A stretch of 18,926 nt of DNA from Neoechinorhynchus agilis (Eukaryota > Animalia > Acanthocephala), in NCBI GenBank assembly GCA_051530055.1, contig JBMGUZ010000055.1, positions 1 through 18,926 on the forward strand, in the 5' to 3' direction. Positions 1 through 9,797 of the stretch are shown here, piece by piece. The notes beneath the pieces were generated by a model. That model was not told the DNA's origin. It saw nothing but the letters and a program-made list of their open reading frames with translations, and ran no database searches. A program made the position numbers and the translations under genes. Position 1 is the first letter of the stretch. Each line of letters opens with the position of its first letter.

Positions 1-1800
1 TTTTTCAATCAGTCTTTTGTGCCGAATATTTAAAGGATTCACACGAACTTGAGTTAGGATGCAAATTGTAGTTCCGAATTTCACTCAGCGCTATTTCACG
101 TTTAATCATCGCGCTGAGTATCCGCTTTGGCATCGCGTGGTTCCGCACAGTGAACTTCTCGTCCAAGATGCTTTTTAAACGATCACAGAGTTCCTTGGTA
201 CTCAAGTTCATATCAACTGAAGGCTTTGATGATTTTCTTTTTGAAGTGGATTCATTCGGTGATTTGTCTTTCAATCGTGATCCTGATTTATTTTCCGTCG
301 AAATATTGGACATTTCTGTAGGTTGGCGATTAAAGGTTCCCACGATCTTTTTTCCGATTTCATCGATAATGTCGATTAGCGGTTCGTTTTCCTCATTGCT
401 GGCCATGTTATGGAGAATGGCTATGAGATCGGAATCTTTGATTTCATCCGCGGTCATCGCTAATTCCGAAATCTCGGAAAGGACATCGTCCACCAGTTCG
501 AAGATTTTCGTGGCGTATTGAGAATCCAACAAAAACTTTAATAATTTAATCTCCTTAGTTAAAAGAGAAGGCGGCATCAATTGTTTGGATTCTGAAATCT
601 GTTGACTGTGAACGTTTTCGACGTTACGAAGTCCCATTTCTCCTTTTTTATCGCTATTGATACTCTTCGGCGATTCTGTTTCTTTGTCCGAAATTGCATT
701 AGAATTCCTATCACTAGAACCAGTACCTGATATTTCGGGTTCTAATTCTTTTGTTTTATTTAATTTGGGTTTCGTCGCTCGTCCTTCTTTAAATCGTTTT
801 TGATCAAAAGCCTCCTTGACCTTCATACCAACTTGGTTTAAGAGTTTGTTGAGTGGAGCATTATCTTTGTTGTCGAACATCTCTCCAAGAACATCTATCA
901 ATCCGAATTGAAGAATTTCACCGATGCTCACTTCGCCTATCAGAATTTCATTAAGGATGCTCCTTACTAAATCAGAATTCATAACTTTGTGCTCACAGTA
1001 CATAGTGATCAAGAGTCTCTGACGGAGAGGTGTTGAATCCGTTCGCTAAATTTTTGTTTTCTCCTTACCTCGAATGGAAGATGACAGCCTCTTTCTTGAA
1101 ATTTCTTTACAGCTCCCGTCTTCAAAACTAAGTTTAGATTTCGTTTTTATCGAACTTTTTGACTGCTCTTCAATCTCAACATCAAACTTAGAGTGAACAC
1201 CGGACTTTGTATGAGATTTATCATCGGTATTTTTACCTTTTTCCATGCCAGGCGTTACTTTAATTTTGGCTGCTACGTCTTTAATAAGATTGTCAAGTTC
1301 CCCGTTTTCTTTGTTTTGTTTCTGAAGAATAGCTGACAAAAATTATATCAGCAACTTAAAATTAGTTTGCTTCTATTCGCCTTTTGATGTTTTAAAAATA
1401 TTTATTATTGTGTTTTCTATAGAACTCATATTAATTTTTTCAGGATTTTAATGCTGGACAACAATAATAATAGGAATTGACCAAAATCATAAGACAAATG
1501 TCCACTTCGCCATTCAGCAATTACTCAAAGTACTTTAAAAATAATCCCGTTCAATGTCTTATTTGTTGCACCAAGGTAAAAGGTTTTTGTCTTTACTCTT
1601 TTTAATTTGAAGACATTTTTTCATTTAGAATATCTTGAAAACATTCTTTGTCATGGAATGATTTGTTACTCTGTAATTTGATTTCAGGTTCACAAAAAGT
1701 TGCTGGTGGATATCTATGAATCCTGACAGTTTTGATAGCTGTTATTTCGCCAATGATATGTTTCAAAAAATAACTGACTAGAAGCTTCAAAAAATATACA
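1..1800 (-). pseudogene. Disrupted (or mis-assembled) gene for a protein made of repeated helical units separated by K/S/E-rich linkers; continues past the left edge
   Basis: ORFs 5..1012 and 1046..1339 share a frame and are separated by one TAG (1048-1046). The same motif recurs: ILNEILIGEVSIGEILQFGLIDVLGEMFDNKDNAPLNKLLNQVGMKV (958-806), VLSEISELAMTADEIKDSDLIAILHNMASNEENEPLIDIIDEIGKKI (484-332), ILSAMIKREIALSEIRNYNL, then a frameshift near 62 into ILTQVRVNPLNIRHKRLIEK (open to the edge), and AILQKQNKENGELDNLIKDVAAKIK (~1332-1255). Weaker remnants lie at ~1520-1470 (VIAEWRSGHLS) and ~1790-1610 (LVSYFLKHIIGEITA, DILNEK). Candidate introns: 1068-1019 (GTAAGG...TCCGTCAG, 50 nt) and 1380-1333 (GC...TTTTGTCAG, 48 nt). 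The upstream limit is approximate. Confidence 0.55.
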
Positions 1801-2388
1801 TAGTCGATGTGAAGAAAATGTGACTTGTTCTCTCTTTAAATTCCATTTAACATAATTATGTTTTGAAAAAATTTGGAAATGAAAGGCTTTCCGAAACACA
1901 AATTCGTTCATCCTTTGATTTATGCGGTGATCACAATTGCTTATGAAATGACACTCGAGATGTTTTAAATTTGAAGCTATGTATTTTTAACCTTTTTTAG
2001 TCTTCCCAATATCTGTAAGTAAATATTTATTTGAATCTATTTTATTCAATAAATATTCCTATTTTTTCGCTAAATACTAAACAAAACAAACTTGTGTAAA
2101 TTTTTAACGCTCCAGAATATTAAATCATTTTTTAAATCTTAAGTGCCTACAAATACCCATAAAAATTATTTGCTTAATAGGCGACAAGTGAAAATCAATG
2201 CCCATTTGAAACACTTGATTTTAATTTTTTTATTTAAGCACATCAAAAAGCAGCGACAGTTTGTTCGATCACTCTTCATTTTTTATAAACTTTTCATTTT
2301 CGCAAATTTCGATATTCCCATTTTCAGTATCCTGGTTTATTTTCCTGCCGAGTTAATCATTTCTTCTTTATTTAGCCTCCGTATTTCT

Positions 2389-4011
2389 TCAGTTCTGTTC
2401 ATCTGAATTATTTTCACTGTCTTTATCTTCTTTATCATTTACAATGGTGACAGCTTCAATATGCACTTTACTATTGGCCAATGACTTCATAATAAAGGCC
2501 ATGTCTTTGTTATTAGTGTTCAGTGTATCGGCATTCAATTTTAAGATCTCCATATCATCATCGCCCATTAGGAACTCTTCCATAAAAGTTTCATCGCCGA
2601 TATCCTGCCATTGTTCGTCTTTGTGGCAGGTAAACCATTCAGGAATTTTCTGTTCCTTTTCGGGCTTTTGGATAACAATAGTAAATTTTTCCGGAATCGG
2701 CGGCATCTCTTCCTCACGTTCCAACGCAAAGACAACGTCTTCGATATCTTCTATATCGCCGAGCTCTCCTTCAACTTTGTTCTTTTTTATGTAATCCCTT
2801 TGAGCTGGACGCAGATAAGTCCATAAATAACTGGGAATATTTGAATTATCTCGATGTCGTGGCCGCAAAGAAGCATTCTTAATACCGCCCTTTGTATATT
2901 TTCGAAGTTCACTGTTTGTTTGGTCGTCGGCGCGGATGCTCAATTCCACAATGACTGGGACCTTTTCCTCGTGGTCGCCGTTTTTCCGGTTGATATATAG
3001 TTTAGTCGAGAGAAGATGATCTTTTTTCGGCTGGGTTTTTAAAGCTTCTCCCTCATCAATTGGTTTATCCGCCTCAGAGGTGTGATTGGGTGCATTAAAT
3101 GTATTTGGGATCCTTTGTAGTTGATGTGGCAGCAGAAATCCCGAAGGAAATTGATTAACACCGGTTGCACCGCACCCTAATCCATAAGCCGCATTGGGTT
3201 GATTTAATGGATAAATTTGTCCAACTTGATTCCCCAAAGATAATGCCTGCATATTGGCGATAAGTGGAGGCATTGGCTGTATTGTTTGTCCAAAAGGTAA
3301 TTGGGTGAATCGTTGGGATGGGAAGCCACCAATCATGTTAACATTTTGAATGCCGCCGAAATTGATCGATTGGCCGATAGCAGTATTGGTTGTTGTTTGT
3401 GGTTGTTGTAGCGTGGGATTTTGGTGATTCTGGATGAATTGAGCCCTTTGGCTCCCTGAATCGTTGAAGTGTCCCGCTGTGTTTATAGCACTATTAAGTG
3501 TCGCAGTTTGAAATCTTGAAGTTGACTCTTCTTCGTGCCCATTTCCGCGAGGCGAATTTAATTGAAGAGCTCTCTGTACGCTTCTGGCACGATTTTGATA
3601 ATTTGCACCTTCTACATTTGTGCCACTATTTGCAGAATTTTTGTTTTCGCGTCCGGACCGAAATACCGAGTATGTTGCACTGTTGCTCCTCGAAAGTTCA
3701 TTTTTGCTTCGATCAGGTTGATAGCGAGCGAGAGGTGCCGATCCACGAGAATTTCTATTTGCATAGTTAATTTGATTCGGTCTTGGAACACTCCTGGTTC
3801 GGTTTGATCTTTGCTGCGAGTCATGATTTAAATTTTCATTTATAGTGGCATTTGAGCTTATAGTATTATTTGAGCGCTGTTGCTCGTTGTTAATTCTGGC
3901 CGGTCGGAAGACGATCCTTTCTGTCCAAGTTCCATCGCTTCGTAGGTAACTATTAATGTAGTATTCCCCAGTTCTTGGATCGATTCTCAATTGGGTTCTT
4001 TTGTCCGACAT
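2389..4011 (-). CDS. Intronless 540-aa protein of unknown function; N/Q/S/R-rich low-complexity N-terminal 60%, charged to acidic C-terminal part
   Basis: 1623-nt ATG-to-TGA open frame in AT-rich DNA, far longer than chance. Composition is protein-like (QQPQTTTNT tract, acidic tail). No family motif recognised. Confidence 0.7.
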   Translation of the reverse strand: MSDKRTQLRIDPRTGEYYINSYLRSDGTWTERIVFRPARINNEQQRSNNTISSNATINENLNHDSQQRSNRTRSVPRPNQINYANRNSRGSAPLARYQPDRSKNELSRSNSATYSVFRSGRENKNSANSGTNVEGANYQNRARSVQRALQLNSPRGNGHEEESTSRFQTATLNSAINTAGHFNDSGSQRAQFIQNHQNPTLQQPQTTTNTAIGQSINFGGIQNVNMIGGFPSQRFTQLPFGQTIQPMPPLIANMQALSLGNQVGQIYPLNQPNAAYGLGCGATGVNQFPSGFLLPHQLQRIPNTFNAPNHTSEADKPIDEGEALKTQPKKDHLLSTKLYINRKNGDHEEKVPVIVELSIRADDQTNSELRKYTKGGIKNASLRPRHRDNSNIPSYLWTYLRPAQRDYIKKNKVEGELGDIEDIEDVVFALEREEEMPPIPEKFTIVIQKPEKEQKIPEWFTCHKDEQWQDIGDETFMEEFLMGDDDMEILKLNADTLNTNNKDMAFIMKSLANSKVHIEAVTIVNDKEDKDSENNSDEQN

Positions 4012-4245
4012 TTGTGCAAGATAAAATGATTTGCAATGGTGATCGCGTTTGTTGCCGTTGAATAGATGTTCGTTTAAGGAAGCGATCAGATCGTTAAATA
4101 TTAGTAGATTATAGTAATGACCCGATGTAGAAAGTTGAGTTTAAGAACGTAGCTGTTTAGGTCGTTAGTACGATATCCAAAGATATTAGCGATGTATACA
4201 ATTCGGGTTCAATGGTATGATAAATAGGCTCCCACAGTACGTTGC

Positions 4246-4296
4246 GCAACCAATCAGCGCGATTCACTGCACTCAGTAAATTTGTGCAACCAATCA
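4246..4296. promoter_or_regulatory. Two CCAAT-box-like motifs 40 bp apart, upstream of the 540-aa ORF
   Basis: GCAACCAATCA occurs at 4246-4256 and 4286-4296, about 240-280 bp upstream of the ATG at 4011. CCAAT boxes work in either orientation. Function is inferred only. Confidence 0.3.
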
Positions 4297-4502
4297 AATC
4301 GCGAGATCAAGAAGCCGACATTGATATAGTGCGGATAGGCATTACTAATTATACAGATTAATTATAATTAAAGTACTTAAAAATCCTTGATTTTCAAAGG
4401 CTTCAATGAACTAAACAAAGAAGCTATTACTTTTAATTACTTTGCATTACTCGTTAACGCCCATGCTTTTGTTGCTACTTCCGAAACCAATTTCCTGACT
4501 TA

Positions 4503-7500
4503 TGCATTTCGTGTCCAAAAAAGCACTATTGTTGTTGCCTATAGGCCTCAATGTTTAACTACTTAGCAAGTAAGTTAGGTACTAAACTCGTCGTTTCCTA
4601 TAGATCAATGAAAATGGACCTTTGCATTATTTCTAAGAATATAGAGTTGTAGTCCGTAAGTTGTTGATTAAAATAGAAATCCAAGTGGTACTTTACCATT
4701 CGTCATAAACTTTATAAGATAATCTCCCGTGCAGTATAGGAAGTGCATATTGATGCATTTCGTGTCCACTAAAGCACTATTTTTGTTGCATATAAGCCTC
4801 AATGTTTAACTACTTAGCAAGTAAGTAAGCTACTAAATTCATCGTTTCCCATAGATCTATGAAAATGGACGTTTGCATTATTTCCAAGAATATCGAGTTG
4901 TAGTCCGTAAGCCGTGATTAAAATAGAAATCCAAGTGGTACTTTAGCGTCCTGCATAAACTTTATACGATAATTTCCCGTGCAGTATAGGAAGTGAATAT
5001 TGATGCATTTCGTGTCCCAAAAAGCACAATTATTGTTGCCAATAGGCCTCAATGTTTAACTACTTCGCAAGTAAGTAGGGTACTAAACTCGTCGTTTCCT
5101 ATAGATCAATAAAAATGGACGTTTGCGGTATTTCTAAGAATGTCGAGTTGTAGTCCGTAAGCTGTTGATTAAAATAGAAAGCCAAGCGGAACTTTAGCGT
5201 CCTGCACATAAATTTATAAGATAATCTCCCATGCAGTATAGGAAGTGCAAATTGATGCATTTCGTGTCCAAAAAAGCACTATTGTTGTTGCCTATAGGCC
5301 TCAATGTTAAACCATTTAGCAAGTAAGTTAGGTACTAAACTCGTCGTTTCCTATAGATCAATAAAATGGACCTTTGAATTATTTCTAAGAATATCAAGTT
5401 GTAGTCCGTAAGCTGTTGATTGAAATAGAAATCCAAGTGGTACTTTACCATTCGTCATAAACTTTTGCAGATAATCTCCCGTGCAGTATAGGAAGTGCAT
5501 ATTGATGCATTTCGTGTCCAAAAAAGCACTATTGTTGTTGCCAATAGGCCTCAATGTTTAACTACTTAGCAAGTAAGTAAGCTACTAAATTCATAGTTTC
5601 CCATAGATCTATGAAAATGGATGTTTGCATTATTTCTCAGAATATCGAGTTGTAGTCCGTAAGCCGTGATTAAAATAGAAATCCAAGTGGTACTTTAGCG
5701 TCCTGCATAAACTTTATAAGATAATCTCCCGTGCAGTATAGGAAGTGCATATTGATGCATTTCGTGTCCAAAAAAGCACTATTGTTGTTACCAATAGGCC
5801 TCAATATTTTACTACTTATCAAGTAAGTAAGGTACTAAACTCGTCGTTTCCTATAGATCAATAAAAATGGACGTTTGCGGTATTTCTAAGAATATCGAGT
5901 TGTAGTCCGTAAGCCGTGATTAAAATAGAAATCCAAGTGGTACTTTAGCGTCCTGCATAAAATTTATAAGATAATCTCCCCGTGCAGTATAGGAAGTGCA
6001 TATTGATGCATTTCGTGTCCAAAAAAGCACTATTGTTGTTGCCAATAGGCCTCAATATTTTACTACTTATCAAGTAAGTAAGGTACTAAACTCGCCGTTT
6101 CCTATAGATCAATAAAAATGGACGTTTGCGGTATTTCTAAGAATATCGAGTTGTAGTCCGTAAGCCGTGATTAAAATAGAAATCCAAGTGGTACTTTAGC
6201 GTCCTGCATAAACTTTATAAGATAATCTCCCGTGCAGTATAGGAAGTGCATATTGATGCATTTCGTGTCCAAAAAAGCACAATTATTGTTGCCAATAGGC
6301 CTCAATGTTTAACTACTTAGCAAGTAAGTAAGGTACTAAACTCGTCGTTTCCTATAGATCAATAAAAATGGACGTTTGCGGTATTTCTAAGAATATCGAG
6401 TTGTAGTCCGTAAGCCGTGATTAAAATAGAAATCCAAGTGGTACTTTAGCGTCCTGCATAAACTTTATAAGATAATCTCCCGTGCAGTATAGGAAGTGCG
6501 TATTGATTCATTTCGTGTAACAAAAACCACAATTATTGTTGCCAATAGGCCTCAATGTTTAACTACTTAGCAAGTAAGTTAGGTACTAAACTCGTCATTT
6601 CCTATAGATCAATGAAAATGGACGTTTGCGTTATTTCTAAGAATATCGAGTTGTAGTCCGTAAGCTGTTGATTAAACTGGAAATCCAAGTAGTACTTTAG
6701 CATTCTGCATAAACCTTATAAGATAATCTCCCGTGCAGTATTGGAAGTGCATATTGATGCATTGGGTGTCCCAAAAAGCACAATTATTGTTGCCAATAGG
6801 CCTCAATGTTTAACTACTTAGCAAGTAAGTTAGGTACTAAACTCGTCGTTTCCTATAGATCAATGAAAATGGACGTTTGCGTTATTTCTAAGAATATAGA
6901 GTTGTAGTCCGTAAGCTGTTGATTAAAATAGAAAGCCAAGTGGCACTTTAGCATTCTGCATAAACTTTATAAGATAATCTCCCGTGCAGTATAGGAAGAG
7001 CATATTGATGCATTTCGTGTCCCAAAAAGCACAATTATTGTTGCCAATAGGCCTCAATGTTTAACTACTTAGCAAGTAAGTTAGGTACTAAACTCGTTGT
7101 TTCCTATAGATCAATAAAAACGGACGTTTGCGGTATTTCTAAGAATATCGAGTTGTAGTCCGTAATCTGTTAATTAAAATAGAAAGCCAAGTGGCACTTT
7201 AGCATTCTGCATAAACTTTATAAGATAATCTCCCGTGCAGTATAGGAAGAGCATATTGATGCATTTCGTGTCCCAAAAAGCACAATTATTGTTGCCAATA
7301 GGCCTCAATGTTTAACTACTTAGCAAGTAAGTTAGGTACTAAACTCGTCGTTTCCTATAGATCAATGAAAATGGACGTTTGCGATATTTCTAAGAATATC
7401 GAGTTGTAGTCCGTAAGCTGTTGATTAAAATAGAAATCCAAGTGGCACTTTAGCATTCTGCATAAACTTTATAAGATAATCTCCCGTGCAGTATAGGAAG

Positions 7501-8323
7501 TGAATATTGATGCATTTGGTGTCCCAAAAAGCACTATTGTTGTTGCCAATAGGCCTCAATGTTTAACTACTTAGCAAGTAAGTTAGGTACTAAACTCGTC
7601 GTTTCCTATAGATCAATGAAAATGGACGTTTGCGTTATTTCTAAGAATATCGAGTTGTAGTCCGTAAGCTGTTGATTAAAATTGAAAGCAAAGTGGTACT
7701 TTAACATTCTGCATAAACTTTATAAGATAATCTCCCGTGCAGTATAGGAAGTGCATATTGATGAATTTCGTGTCCCAAAAAACACAATTATTGTTGCCAA
7801 TAGGCCTCAATGTTTAACTACTTAGCAAGTAAGTTAGGTACTAAACTCGTCGTTTCCTATAGATCAATGAAAATGGACGTTTGCGTTATCTCTAAGAATA
7901 TCGAGTTGTAGTCCGTAAGCTGTTGATTAAAATAGAAAGCCAAGTGGCACTCTAGCATTCTGCATAAACTTTATAAGATAATCTCCCGTGCAGTATAGGA
8001 AGTGCAAATTGATGCATTTCGTGTCCCAAAAAGCACTGTTGTTGCCAATAGGCCTCAATGTTTAACTACTTAGCAAGTAAGTAAGCTACTAAACTCGTCG
8101 TTTCCTATAGATCAATAAAAATGGACGTTTGCGGTATTTCTAAGAATATAGAGTTGTAGTCCGTAAGCTGTTGATTAAAATAGAAAGCAAAGTGGCACTT
8201 TAGCGTTCTGCATAAACTTTTTAAGATAATCTCCCGTGCAGTATAAGAAGTGTATATTGATGCATTTCGTGTCCCAAAAAGCACCTGTTGTTGCCTTTAG
8301 GTCCCAATGTTAAACTAATTAGC
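4503..8323. repeat. Tandem satellite array, ~250-bp unit, 15 complete copies plus a partial 16th
   Basis: The anchor tgcatttcgtgtcc (or variant) recurs at 4503, 4754, 5004, 5256, 5506, 5756, 6007, 6257, 6507, 6758, 7009, 7260, 7511, 7762, 8013 and 8261 (period 248-252). Units are head-to-tail with no unique spacers; the last partial unit is more diverged. Confidence 0.97.
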
Positions 8324-8334
8324 TCACGTTTATT

Positions 8335-8700
8335 CCAGACGGGTAAACGGGGAGATTTTAAAGGCTGAGGTGGGGTTGAGGGAGTGATAAAGGCAAAAGA
8401 GTGATCAGAGTTCGCGGGGGGAGGGAGTTTAAGGGCGGAATAGTGGGCTTCGATATTTGTGAACACTTTGTCGAGGTGAGCGTCAAGACGAGTTGGGAAA
8501 TTAATAAGTTGACGCAACTCGGAGAAGGGTAGAGGAAGAAATAGATCATTGAAGTCCCCTGCAATTTAGAAATGGTGTAAATTTGCAGAGTTTATGAGTT
8601 CCATCATGGAAACCAGTTTGCGTAAAGAGGACTCATGATGAGAGGCAGGAGGGCGATAGATACCAGCAATGGTGAATTCTCTAATGCCATTTACGTTGCA
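8335..8700 (-). mobile_element. Non-LTR retrotransposon APE endonuclease fragment (CR1/L2-like), frameshifted
   Basis: Minus-strand translation gives FTIAGIYRPP, a frameshift near 8566, then IAGDFN...LRQLINFPTRLDAHLDKVFTN...NSDH. These are the YRPP, GDFN, PT..LD and SDH motifs of the C-terminal half of LINE APE domains. Confidence 0.8.
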
Positions 8701-8717
8701 CCGTAGGTATAAGCCCG

Positions 8718-9170
8718 TCAAATAGAATTAGACTCCGCAAGGGATCTAAAATACACGACAGCAGTCGTGTTATGCGGGCAATTCGCGTCTCTTAAAATCA
8801 GGTCATCGTATGCACGACAGTTCCCTTTTCCTTTACGATACAATGTCGTTGGCTTCCAGAAAAGGGACTGTTGCACGACCTGTGGGCAAGATGCCTCAGA
8901 CCGAATTATATTGCCCGTGAACTGCAGTCGTCTGTGGCGCAAATATTTACTGGGCGGTTGGACTCCGGCTCTCTTATACAGTGCTTTGTTGGTCACTTTA
9001 CTGACCATCTGAGCTTGAACGCCGCACGTAAGAGAGATGAATGATTTTGGTCCAACTGCATCGTCGCCGTTGGTGACAGTGTCCAGGTCTCTTCATTGTA
9101 GTAGAGAATGCTCTCAATTAGAGTCCTGAACAGCTTCGAGCGGAGTTCTTCTGGCAAAGACTCACTGTCC
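8718..9170 (-). mobile_element. RTE-clade non-LTR retrotransposon, 3' fragment of RT/thumb region, frameshifted
   Basis: KLFRTLIESILYYNEETWTL...LLRAAFKLRW, a frameshift near 9008, then KVTNKALY...LRHRRLQFTGNIIR...LFWKP...RKGKG...YDDL. This matches the RTE pattern LFR..VESVLLYG.ETWTL / TNEELY / RRL.F.GH..R / LW.P / RGRP..TY.D. Confidence 0.8.
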
Positions 9171-9183
9171 ATCGTTTTGCTAC

Positions 9184-9405
9184 CTTCCAATTTTTTGCAA
9201 TTGCTCCTTTTCTACGCTCTTCAAAATACGGAAAATTATCACATAAATATTTGCAGATTTGCTTTGTTGACAATTGTTCTTCGGGACTACTATTGATGGC
9301 TGCTACTATTAAATCCTCATATGATAACTGGCCCCATGGATTGGACCTTCGGGCTCGTTTGTTATCCGATTGATTCTGTTTGGTTGTCACCCTCTCCTGA
9401 CTCAT
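9184..9405 (-). CDS. foxo: FoxO-class forkhead domain, N-terminal-half exon (ATG 9405 to WK, GT at 9183-9182); possibly an orphan or pseudo-exon
   Basis: RRSNPWGQLSYEDLIVAAINSSPEEQLSTKQICKYLCDNFPYFEER...NWK matches FoxO helix 1-2 (WG..SY.DLI..AI.SSPE..L....I......PYF...WK). Homology stops exactly at WK followed by GT, the conserved phase-0 FoxO intron position before NSIRHNLSL. Confidence 0.8.
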
Positions 9406-9797
9406 TGGTTTGGTGTTAGGAGCCAGGAACAATATTTTGTATATCGAGCACCAATGTGTGTTGGTTTGCCTTTATCATAGGAGATGCTACAAGGTGAAAA
9501 GCAATGGGTAGAAGGTAGCAAGCTAGTTGTTGCTTACCCACAATTTAGAAAATTTTTTTGATTCGAACAGTAAATGATTACTGGAAGAGAATTTTTTTAA
9601 CATTTTCTCGTTTATTTATCGGTTTTATTAGTCAATGTGAAATACACGGAAACTATGTTTAAGTGTGATAATTGGACTTAGTGATGATGAGAATATCAGC
9701 TTTTTTTGAAGTCATTTGAGTCCATTACCCTCATATAAAAAGACTACTTTCGGTCTTTCTTGGAGTAGATATGCTGTCCATGGTTTGTTTTGATGAG

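Noticed and set aside
1714-1911. KHNYVKW as the missing second FoxO exon
   Set aside because: It does not match NSIRHNLSLH...WW beyond HN.
150-3807. Plus-strand ORFs 150..521, 2143..2406, 2444..2794, 2611..2826, 3498..3770, 3562..3807
   Set aside because: They are antisense to or adjoining longer minus-strand coding frames, have non-ATG starts, and show the S/F/I-rich composition typical of shadows.
5351-5554. 67-aa ORF inside the satellite
   Set aside because: A chance open frame in one unit, closed in neighbouring units.
4503-8323. CRISPR array, or tandem SL-RNA/5S/tRNA gene array
   Set aside because: The whole 250-bp unit repeats with no unique spacers, there are no cas genes and the context is eukaryotic. 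I recognised no 5S, tRNA or SL/Sm features on either strand; an Rfam search would be needed to exclude a novel ncRNA.
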